A DNA stretch of 64,000 bases from NCBI GenBank assembly GCA_013239625.1, contig MU053934.1, positions 11,937,413 to 12,001,412 on the forward strand, read 5' to 3'. Shown here piece after piece: positions 1-10,615 of this stretch. This DNA is from Lama guanicoe. Taxonomy: Eukaryota. Under the pieces are notes generated by a model. The model saw nothing but the letters and a program-made list of their open reading frames with translations. It was not told the DNA's origin and did not search any database. How positions within the stretch are numbered: position 1 is the first letter of the stretch; the number at the start of each line of letters is the position of its first letter. Made by a program: the position numbers and the translations under genes.

Positions 1-559
1 CCCCCCCCCGCCCGGGCGCTGGGACAGCCCGCCGACCGGGCCGCAGCGCTCCCCTCCCCGGGCTGCGTGGGCGCTCTGTCGGCGCCGCCCTCCTGCCCCG
101 GCCCGGCTCCTGCAACCCAGGTGACGCGGCCTTGCTGTCGGCTGTCCTGATGTCGATCTTTCCGGATCTTCTCACTGTTTGAATTCAAGCAACGTTTTCT
201 TTCCATTACATTCTCCTTATTGTGGTAAAAGAGACAGAACATAAAATGTTCCATTTTCGCCATTTCTCAGCGCACAGCTCGGTGGCTTTAACACATACAC
301 ACTGCGGTGAGACCATCCGCACCATCCGTCTCCAGAACTTTCTCATCTTCCCAGACTGACCCTGTCCCCACTGCACACTCACCCCCCCGCCCCCCGCCCC
401 TGGTGCCCACCCTTCTACTCTGTCTATAAATTTGGCCATTCTAGGGGCCGTATGTAGATGGGATCGTATAGTATTTGTCGTTTTGCGGCTGGCTTATTTC
501 ACTTAGCGCGGCGTTTTCAGGGTCCTTCCACGTTGCCGCGTGTGTCAGAATTCCCTGCC

Positions 560-636
560 TTTTTTTCCCCAGTGAAGGTCCCGGGGATTGAACCAATCAC
601 GCGCTCTACCACTGAGTGTCAGCCACCCACTCCCTC
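560..636 (-). mobile_element. Short tRNA-derived SINE (camelid Vic-like, internally deleted) inserted in the L1
   Basis: Minus strand reads ctcagtggtagagcgcg (A box), then ggttcaatcccc (B box), then an A-tail; imperfect TSD tccctgccttt / tccctcccttt. Confidence 0.7.
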
Positions 637-2456
637 CCTTTCCAAGGGTGAACGGCATTTCCTGTGCAGAGACTGCGTTTTGTTAACCCGCCACGTGCTC
701 TTGGACACGAGTTGCTCCCACCTTTTGAATATCGTCAGCAATGCTGCTGGACATGGTGTAAGGCCGTCGGCTCAAGCCCCTGCACTCGGTTCCTCGGGGC
801 ACGTGCCCCAGACGCGGGATTGCGGGATCGCGCGGTGACTCCGTGTGTAATTTCCGAGGGCCGCCATCCTGTTTCCCGCAGTGGCTGCGCCAGGCCCCTT
901 CCCACCAGCAGCGCGCAGGGCTCCCTTCCTCCGCACCCTCCCAACGCGCGTTCTGCCCTGGACTCTGGCAGCAGCCGTCGCACCGGGGGCGAGGCAGGTT
1001 CCCACTGGCTTTCTTCTTTCCTTTTCTTTTTCACGTAGCTTTGATTTGCTTTTCCCTAATAGTGATGTCAGCCATCTTTTCTGTATCTTCTTTGGAGAAA
1101 TATCCATGCAAGCATTTCACGCTTTTTTAGTCCAGTTGCTTTTTGTTGATGAGTTGCAGGAATTCTTTATTTCCCCTGGATGGTAAACCCTCATCAGACA
1201 CATGATTTGCAAACATTTTCTCCTATTTCGAGGGTTGACTTTCACTCTGATGATGTCCTTTGATGCCCAAAAGAACACTATTTAATTCTGACGAAGTCCA
1301 GTTTACCTACTTTTCATCCTGTTGCCTGGGCTGCTGGTGTCATCCCCAGGGCACGCCGCCAACCCGCGGTCACCAAGCTTTTCCCGTGTTTTCTTCTCAG
1401 AGTGTTGTGCTTTTAGCTCATGCGTTTCGGTCTCTGACCCATTGTGAGTTAATTTTTGTGTTTGGTGTTAGATGAGGGTTGAATTTCATTCCTTTGCATG
1501 TGGAAGTCTGTTGAAAACCCTGTCCTTGCCCCACTGACTGGTCTTGGCGCCCTTGTCTGCAGTCTTTTGGCCACAGTTTCGAGCATTTACCTCCTGTCTG
1601 TTCCGGTCCATGGTCTGTACGTCGGTCTCCACTCCACCCTGATCACCGCAGCTCTGTCGGAGCTTTTGGAAACAGGAGGTGTGTGTCCGCCAACTTCGTT
1701 CTGCGTTCCCAGGTTAGTTTAGCTATTCTGGGTCTCCAGATGCCATGTGAGTTTTAGGATGACTTGTTCTATTTCAGCAAAAACCGTCACTGGGATTTTG
1801 ATAGACACTGCAGTAAGTCTGTAGGTCACTTTGCATAATATTGACCTCTTAACGATCGTAAGTCTTCCGAGACGCGGACACAGGATTTCTTTCTACTTAT
1901 GTCCTTGTTAGTTTCTTTCAGCAACATTGTGTAGTTTTCAGTGCTGAGTCCTTCACCTCCTTGGTTAAGTAAATTCCTGAGTATTTTCGTCTGTTTGACT
2001 GAATGGTTCTTTCAACGAAAGGTGCTGTGGTTCCTGGAGCTGGCACCTTCCCTTTGGATTGCTCGCTGTTAGTGCAGAGAAACTCAACTGGCTCTTCTGT
2101 GTTGACTTTGTATCCTGCAACCTTGCAGAGTTTATTAATTCTGAAAGGGTTTCCTTGGAATCTCTGCAGTTTGCTGCACGTGAGAGCGTGTCACTTGCAA
2201 ATACAGGTAATTTTAATTCTTCTTTACAACTTGGACGGCCTCTGCCTCCGTTTCCCCTAATGCTCGCGCTAGGACTTCAGCAGCGCCTTGAGCAGAAGTG
2301 GTGGAGCTGGGCGCCCTGGCTTGCTTCTGATTTTACAGGAACCGTTTTGGTTCTTTCACCATCAATTACAATGTTGGCTGTGGTTTTTAATTTGGCCATC
2401 GTTGTGCTGTGGGAATTTCGCTCTGTTCCTAGTTTATAGAGTGTTTTCTTTGTTAA

Positions 2457-2565
2457 GGTTTTTTTAAAAATTAAAGTATGATTGACACAAAACTCTGTAC
2501 CAGTTTCAAGTGTACAACGTAGTGATTCGACACTCACACACATCACGAGACAATCACCGTGACTG
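2457..2565 (-). mobile_element. L1 extreme 3'-end fragment nested in the older L1 ORF2
   Basis: ttttttaaaaattaaagtatgattgacaca...agtttcaagtgtacaacgtagtgattcgac is a typical L1MA-type terminus. Confidence 0.65.
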
Positions 2566-2919
2566 TTGAGTGTTCTATCATGAAAGGGTGTTGATTGTGT
2601 TAAATACTTGTTCAGTAACCATTGAGATGGTCGTGTGTTAATGTTTTTCACTGTATTAATGGGGTACAGTTTGTTGATTGACTTCCGTATCTTGACCCAT
2701 TCCTGCATTGCTGGGACACACCCCACGTGATCATGGTGCAAAAGCCTCTTAATGTGCTGCTGGATTCGGGTTTCTAGTGTTCTGTTGAGCCTTCCATTGC
2801 ATTTTAAAATAAACTTTTTCTGTTCCATTTATTCACATTCATATTCAGAAACACCAAGTAGTCCATTGTCTTCCCTCTGGGTGTCTTGTGTGTCTCTGTG
2901 CCTCTACAAGAGATAATAG

Positions 2920-2970
2920 GAAGATAGACAGACAGACAGACAGATAGATAGATAGATGACAGATGGATAG
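2920..2970. repeat. (GACA)n/(GATA)n microsatellite
   Basis: gatagacagacagacagacagatagatagatagat. Confidence 0.9.
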
Positions 2971-3094
2971 GAATCTCTCTGGGGAGCGGTCAGGACGCGG
3001 GGGCAGACAGGACCCTGAAGTGCCTCCTTGGTGGTGAGGAAGAGCCGGTGGTGCGTGGGGCCCACACGTGGGAACTGGCACTCCAGAGAGCAGT

Positions 3095-3420
3095 GTGTCA
3101 GAAACTGACCCTCCCGTCACCAAATCTGTTTCCTCTCTGGTCTGGACGCACAGCTAAGCCACATTTCCAGCCTCTTTGCAGTCAGACCCGCCGCGTGCCT
3201 GGGTCCTGGCGGGTGTCCGTGGGAAGTAGAAGTTGGTGCAGGGCTCGCAGCCTCGTCCGTGGCAGCCTCCTGCACATGGTCCTCCGCGCTCCCCTCCCCT
3301 CTGCCCAGAATGCAGGTGAGCCCGCAGCAAGCTTTGGAACCTTGCGGGAGGTGGAGTCACAAGATAGAAGCCCCCCGTTCCCCGACGCGCGACAGGAGAA
3401 AGGTCACCGGGAGCTGTGTG
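3095..3420 (+). mobile_element. MaLR (MLT1-like) solo LTR remnant
   Basis: cacagctaagccacatttccagcctctttgcagt resembles the MLT1 core motif. Recognised from memory; subfamily, strand and ends are uncertain. Confidence 0.5.
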
Positions 3421-6400
3421 ACGCTGCCCCGTCGCCCTGTGGGCCTGCCGAGGTCTCGGGTGAGAGCCGCTGGGGTCCTTCACCAGTGTGCACACTCTCT
3501 GGTCTCCGGTCTCCACACCTGCTGATCCTTCTTTCTGGGACGCTCCGACCTCCCCACGTCCCCTCACACCCAGCCTTCTGGCTCTGACTCACCTCTGAAG
3601 CCTCGCATGGGACTGTCTCCTCGGGCAGCCAGCCCTGCCTGCTCAGCTGGGGTTCGTCATCCCTGCGTGCACCTCACTGCACCCGCGTTCAGCCACCTGG
3701 TCTCCCTCCGCCGCGTTCGTGTCTGCTCCCCCACTTACTGCTCCCCCAGACCGTGCTCTGCACAGGGAGGGCTGGGCCTGTCTCTTCCACGGCTGGTTCC
3801 CAGCCCCCAGCACAGAGCGGGGCCGGATCGTGGGTTTGCCCACAGACACTGACTCTCCCTAACAGCAGGGCCGCAGGGCCGCTGCCCAGGTGAGCTCTGG
3901 TCCGACGGCCAGTGCAGGCACAGAGCCGCCACAGCCTGGCACAGAGCACAAAGGTCAGGAAGGCCACCTTCTCCAGGATGGGCCGTGTTTGCCACCTCTG
4001 AGGCTGAGGGGACAGAGCGTCACAGAGGGAAAGGCCACAGAGGAGTCGGGAGCTAGGAGCAGGGCAGTAAGAGCCAGGACCGAAGTCGGGCCAGGACAGG
4101 AGAGCACAGGAGGGGGCCACCTGACCCTGCCCAGGGTGAGCGCTGGAGGGGCACCTGCAGTGTCCCAGTGGGAGCCCCCAGCGCCTCCCCAGCCCCACCC
4201 ATATGTGCACATGCCCCTCCCACGTGAACACTGAGCGGGGAAACGGGGCTCTCCTGCTCGCCCCCAGCAACCGCCCTCCGCCCTCAGGCTGGGTCGGCGC
4301 CCTCAGCCAGCAGGAGCTACCGCGGCACGGGTGTTAACTCCACGGGGCGGGCGGGTGTAGGCAGAGTTTAAGGACACTCCTCGCGGCCCTTCCCCCAAGA
4401 GACCCCGAGGTGTCAGAACAGAGACGACCGGAAAGGGCGGGCCCACGGGCCAGAAGGGGCTCGACCCCTGCCGTGGCGAGTGCTAAGCCCGCGGGGACAG
4501 ACGGGGGCCGGGGCTCAGGGCGGGGGGGCCTCGGCATGAGGGCGGGGAGCGGCCTCACCCCCGCACCTCGCCCCTCTGTCCCTTCCGGAGGGGGGCAATC
4601 CTGCTCCCCGTCACCGCAGGAACCCACGAGCCTCCAGGAAAGGTGGGGAGGGGCAGGGGGGCAGCCCTGAACTGGAAGCAGCAGCCCAGGAGGACGGTCT
4701 CCTCCGGGAAAGAGCCTGCCCCTCCCCGGAGGGTGAGGCTGTGGCCTCCACGGCGTTGCCCGTAACTGCTCCATTTCCATCAGAGTCGCACTCATGGGGA
4801 CGGGGGTCACCACCCTTATTTACTGATGAAGACACAGCCCAAGAGGGGCCCATCGCCCACCAGGCAGCTCTCACGCCTTCTTTCCTGCCGTGAGTGCTGA
4901 CCCCAAAGCTGCCTCCGGGGGCAGGACTCCCAGAACGCTCGGCTTGGGGCCCTGTGGGCGTCTGCTCACTTCCAGTGCATCGTGGCTGTGCACAGCCTCG
5001 TCATCCAGGAGGTCTGGCCTCTCCTGTGCTGCCTGTGCTGCTGCAGGGAAAATCCACTCGTGTTTCTACCCAGCGGGGTGGAGCGGTTCCCAGGAGCGGA
5101 GGATGGGGGCGGGGAGCAGGGAGCCTGGTCCAGGTGTCAGGTGGGCCTTCTGACGGAGGCAGCCACGGCCAGCACCGAGTCCTGGGAGGGCGAGGGCAGG
5201 TGGGTGCTAGAGGAGAGGTGTGTCCGCGGCAGGACCCTGGCTCTGAGCCTGGGCCAGGGACACCCCTGAGGTCTGTCTGTCCATCCCTGGCCCACTGCAA
5301 GGGGGTGCTCTGCTCCCCTGCAGGACACCCCTGAGGAGCGACTTGCCACCTGCCACCTGCCCTCCCTCAGTGGATGACCTCACTGCAAGAACCAAGTCCG
5401 AGAAGATTGCTGAGGGGGGAGTGTCGTGAGAGGGGCCGGCCTCTGGGGACCGGGAGAAGGAGGTGACCAGCCCTGAGCATGACACACAGGAGACCATACA
5501 CGTGGGGCCTCCAAGGCCCCGCCTCAGAGTCCCCGAGGGCGGGGCGGGTGCTGTCCGAGGTGCTGACCAGCCCCGCTCGGGCTGCGAGAAGCCCCGCAGA
5601 GATGCTCCCTGAATCTTCACTGGGAATGTATGCGATGGACTTGGGGGGGCGGGGGAGGGAGGCCTCCACATGGGCTCACACGGCCTCAGTTCCAGGTGCC
5701 AGAGTGGCCAGGAGGGGTATAGGGACAGTCCAGGGACAGTGCGGGACTGGGCAGAGCTGGAGCTGAGGGGCCGGTTGTGGTGGACAGCTGGGGATTCCAG
5801 CCGCATTGAAGAAAGATCACAGGAGGACGAGAGGTGAGCGTCCTTGAGAAGAGGTGGCAGTGAGGCCCCAGGCGGTGGCCTCGGGTCCGGCCAGGGAAGG
5901 AAGGGCAGATGGTGCTGGGCAGTCTTGCTGGGCTTCAGTTCAGTGAAGAAAGCTTTTTCTGGAACAGCATTGCCCAGAAATAGACTGGCTGTTCCTGTGA
6001 AGGGGTGAGCTCCCCATCAGCTCTGTAACTACAGGAGCTGGCAGATACAGCCAACTTAGACCACCAAGAGCGTGGGTTTCTGGCAGGAGGCCCACCCAGG
6101 GCCCGTCCAGACCACCGTGTCCTCACCCCAGAGCCACACTTGAGCTCTGGCTCCAGTCCTGCGGGGTCTGCTTCTGCTGCTGTTTGCCGGGATAGTTTGC
6201 AGCTGTGTGTCTACATTGGCTTCTACCAAGCCCAGTTATTTATAACCCCTTCCAAACGGAAACACAAGGAAATGTGTTGGCAGATTTGACTTTATTTCAC
6301 AAAACACAGGATGAGGCCAATGGGAGTTGGCTTCCGAATGAGCACGATTACAGATCTGAAAAATCGAGTTCACTTCTAGCTGCAAATATTATTTAGAGGA

Positions 6401-7761
6401 AACCCCTTGTTTTGTAAAAAGAAGCTGCATGTTGACAAATTTCTTTGCCTCCAATTCCAGAGGGTTTCAAAGCTCCCAGAGTCAGGGGTCCATCTTGGGT
6501 GGGGGGCTGGGTGGAGGGCCTGCACCCCACCCACCAGGGATGCCAGCCCCTTCAGGGCAGGAGCCAGAGGTCCTGACGCATCTCCACAGCTGGAAGAGCA
6601 GGCCTCCCCACTGCCCGCCCCCCACCTGGAAAACCAGCCCCCCGCCATCGGCTGACAGGGGGGCGCTCCCTGCCCCACCGCAGCTAAGCCCCCGGCCCCA
6701 CTGGGCAGGCACCTGTGACGTCATTCAGGGGCTAACCGAGGGGAGGGGGGAACCTGCACACAGGCGGCAGCTCCCACCACCAGGTAACACACCTGTTGCT
6801 CCCTCACCAGGAGTCCCATCCTTCCAGACCCGTCCACTGGCGCCCGCAGCCCGAGCCCCACCATAGCCTCACAGGACCCCTGAGGACCCCAGTGGCCACG
6901 AATGCCTCCTTCTCCGGAACAAAGACTCTCCATCTTCTACCACCTCGCTTCCTGGTGGTCTCTCCTCAAATGTCGCCCCCTCACAACCTTCCTTAGCTGC
7001 CTGGAGCACAGCAGCACCTGCCCACACCAGCCACCCCCAGCCCCAGAAGCAGACCCTGGGGCTGGCAGGGGGTCCAGAGACCCTGATGGGGCTGGAGAGG
7101 CCCAGGGCCCAGGGGCTCATCCCACCCACCCCGCAAGGAGGCAGGAACTGGGGCACTGACGCCCCAACCCCACCAGAAAGCCCTGGGCTGACTCACAGTG
7201 GAAGCAGGGGAGGGCGAGGGGGACGGACTGGGCTGGGCGCCTTCCCCAGCTGTCATCTGGCTCATCTCATGGCGTCTGCCATTGACACAGAGCAGCGTCT
7301 CAGGAGTGCATCAACCAACGTCCCAGGGCAGGGGAGGGGATCTGGAGCCCACCCTCTGCGCAGAGAAGTAGCTCCGGACACCCCCACCCCGTCACTGGCC
7401 AGGAACCGGCTCTGACGAAGCCCAGCGTTCTGGTATTTTCCTAATAACTCAAAGGAACTTAAAGGAGGAAATGTAGGGGAGAATCCAGGGGGTGGGCCTC
7501 AACCCAGCCATGCCCAGCACCCCGCCCAGGGCCTGTAGCCCTCCCAGACACGGTCAACAGGCCTCCTCGGCCCTGACTTCCGTCATTCCCCACCCGCCCT
7601 CCATCAGAGCCAGGCAGCCCCACCCCAGCCACATTCAGCCCCTGAGGCGGCAGCCGCCATGCAGGACAGGTGTAGGTCCCTGAGTCGCACCTCTCCTGGC
7701 TCAGTTCAGGAGGAATCACTGCATGAAACATCCCTAAAGGAGAAAACCACCAAACAGGGGC

Positions 7762-7945
7762 CCAAATCCCCCTCCTGCCCTACGTCCTCACTGTGTGACC
7801 CCAGGAAAGTCACTTAACTTCTCTGGGCGTCTTCACTCCTGTAAAATGGGCATGAGAGCAGCACTTAGGTTGTTGTATGAACAGAATTGGATGCATAGAA
7901 ATCTACTCGCCTGGTGTCTGGAACATAGTAGCCCTTAGTAATGTG
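7762..7945 (+). mobile_element. MIR SINE
   Basis: ctgtgtgaccccaggaaagtcacttaacttctctgggc...ctgtaaaatgggc...ggttgttgtatga...tggaacatagta MIR core. Confidence 0.85.
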
Positions 7946-8212
7946 GTATGGATGGGTGAGCAGATGACAGATGATGGGCGGATGGATGGATGGATGGATG
8001 AGTGGGTTGTCAGATGATGGGTGGACGGATGGGTGGATAGGTGGATGACAGATGATGGGTACATGGAAGGATGGATGGATGATGGATGAATGAACTGTCA
8101 GATGATGGGTGAATGGATGGATGATGGGTAATGGGTGGATGGATGAGTGTATAGATGGTTGAAGTGATGAATGAAAAGATGAATGGGTGGGTGAGTGGAT
8201 GGATAGATTGGT
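7946..8212. repeat. (TGGA)n degenerate simple repeat
   Basis: gatggatggatggatg arrays. Confidence 0.9.
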
Positions 8213-8825
8213 GGACCAAAGAAAGGACATTTCAAAGTCTCCTCCATCCAGGCACATCGCCCTCCAAGGAGATGCCTCTTGCTCAGAGGCTAGAGGTCAT
8301 AGGCACTGGAAAGCCAGAGGCCCTGACGCATCTCCACAGCAGCCTCCCCTGGCCTGGGCCGTCTGCTTCTGTCTTTGGCCCTGGAAGAAGAGACCAGCAT
8401 CCCTGCTGAGAGAGGGAATGTTCAGTTCACGCATGTGCACGTCCGCATCGCCGGGGTGATGAAAAGTGGACAGTATATACGTGCAGGAGTCAGGGAGACG
8501 CACAGCTCCTCTCAACTTCTGCCCTTTGTCTTTAAAATTACGGTCAGTAATTAGCAGAGACTTTTGACTTAAAAAAACAAGAGTAATAAGACAAGTAATA
8601 GTTTCCAAACTAATTACAAAGATAGCCATAATTGGAACAGCAACTCCATAAAAATGATAACTTGCTCAGGCTGGGGAACGACCGCGCCTGTGTGGCGCCC
8701 GTGGGCACCGGCACCATACTTAACCTCCGGGTCCCCGAGGCTAAACCTCCTTCAGGCTCGTGCCCTCCTGCCCCTGCCTCCCAGTGGGGTGGTCGGATGA
8801 AGAGCTTTCATAGTTACCGTTTCTG

Positions 8826-10615
8826 TTTTTAATGGCCTTACTGAAGTGTAATTCATACGTCATGCAACTCACCCGTTCAAGTGCACGATTCAGTGCACAT
8901 CTCCCACCACCGTCAACTTCAGGACACCTCCATCGCCCCACACACACACTCCCACTCCCCCAGCCCCTGCAGCCACTAACCTGCTTTCCGTCTCTGTAGA
9001 CCTGTCTGCTGTGGAAAGGTCACATAAATGGGACATTACAATACACGGTCCTTTGAGGCTGGCTCCCTTCACTCAGCATCATGTTGTCAAAGTTCATCCC
9101 TGCTGAAGCACGTGTCAGTATCTCAGTGCCTTTACCGGCTGCATGACACCCCGCAGTTTGTTTCTTTCTTCATCCCGACACACGTTTGGACTGTCTCCGC
9201 TCTGGGACTGTTGCAAACAATGCTGCTGTGAACACTTGGGTACAAGTTTTGTGTGGACGTGTGTTTCCACTTCTCTCGGGAAACACACACCTCGGAGTGG
9301 AACTCCTGAGTCCTCCTGAGTCTGCATGTAGCCATTTGAGGAGGTGCTAAACTGGTTCCCAAAGTGGCCACACCGCCTGTCTTTCTGACCAGCCGAAGAC
9401 CGGTACGCCGCCCGTTGGAGCCTAGCCGTCCTACCGGGCGTCGGGGGGTGTCTCTGTGGCTCTGGTCTGCGTTTTCCTGAAGACTAAGGCTGTTGGTCGT
9501 CCTTTTGTGTGTCGACTGGCCATTTGCATATCTTCTTCAGAGAAATAGCTTCCAGATCTTTTGCTCATCTATTAATAAATGTATTATTGTATTATTGAGT
9601 TGTAGCGATACCGTATGTAATTCTTGTATGTTCTAGACACAAATCATTCACCTGGCGTGATTTGTGAGTATTTTCTCGAATTCTCTGGGCCGTCTTCTCA
9701 CTTTCTTGACGGTGTCCTTTGATGCCCACCTTCTTCATTCTGATGAAGTCCAGCTCCTCAGTTTTTCCCTTTGTTGCTTGTGCTCCAAATTTGTTCTTCT
9801 TTTTCAAGATTGTTTTAGCTACTCAGGGTCACTTGAAATCCCATATGAATTTCAGAATGACTTGCCTCTTTCTACAAAGAGATCAGCTTAGATTTTGGTA
9901 GGGATTACACTGAATCTGTAGATCAGTTTTGAGAGTTTTGCTAACTCAACAATATTAAATCTTTGGATCCATGCACGTGGGATATCCTTCCATTTACTTA
10001 GATCTAATTTAATTTCTTTCAGTAATGTTTCGTAGTTTTCAGAGTACAAGTCTGCATTTCTTCGTGTTAAACTTACTCCTAAGTGTTTTATTATTTTTAT
10101 GTTACTATGAATGGAATCATTTTCCTAATTTTAGTTTAGTTTGCTCAGTGCTACTACACAGAAATGCAATTTGTTTTTGCATGTGTATCTTGTAACCTGC
10201 AACCATCGTGAACTTGTCTATTAGCTCTAATAGTTTTCAGTAGATTTCTCAGGGTCTTATGTACAAAATCACGTCATCAGCAAATGGCAATAGTTTTACC
10301 TCTTCTTGTCCCCATATAGATGCCCTTTATGTCTTTTTTCCCCTCGTGCCCTGGCTGGAACCTCCAGTGTGATGCTGAAGAACGGCTCGAGTGGACGTTC
10401 CCGTCTCGTTCCTGGTCTTAGGGAAAAGCATCCAGTCTCTCCCCAGTGGGTCTCACGTAAGCTGCGCCTTTTTCATAGACGCCCTTGACCAGGTTGGAGG
10501 ACTTCCCTCTCACTCCTAGTCTGGTGTTTCCATCATGAAGGGGTTTGAATTCTGTCGAGTATTTTTCTGCATCTATTGAGATGATCATGGGTTTTTGCCC
10601 TTTATTTTACTGACT
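8826..10615 (-). mobile_element. Old LINE-1 (L1MB/L1MC-like) 3' end plus ORF2 remnant
   Basis: ttactgaagtgtaattcatac...cagccactaacctgctttccgtctctgtaga; ORF2-type ttttggtagggattacactgaatctgtagatcag and tttttctgcatctattgagatgatcatgg. Confidence 0.85.

Larger units (their letters stand above)
210..2800 (-). mobile_element. Old LINE-1 (L1MB-like) 3' UTR plus ORF2 remnant, with nested insertions
   Basis: ttattgtggtaaaa...ccatccgtctccagaactttctcatcttccca 3'-end signature; the ORF at 2277-2828 retains L1 RT-like RIQQHIKRLLHHDHVG...QEWVKIRKSIN and KTTANIVIDGERTK. Confidence 0.85.
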
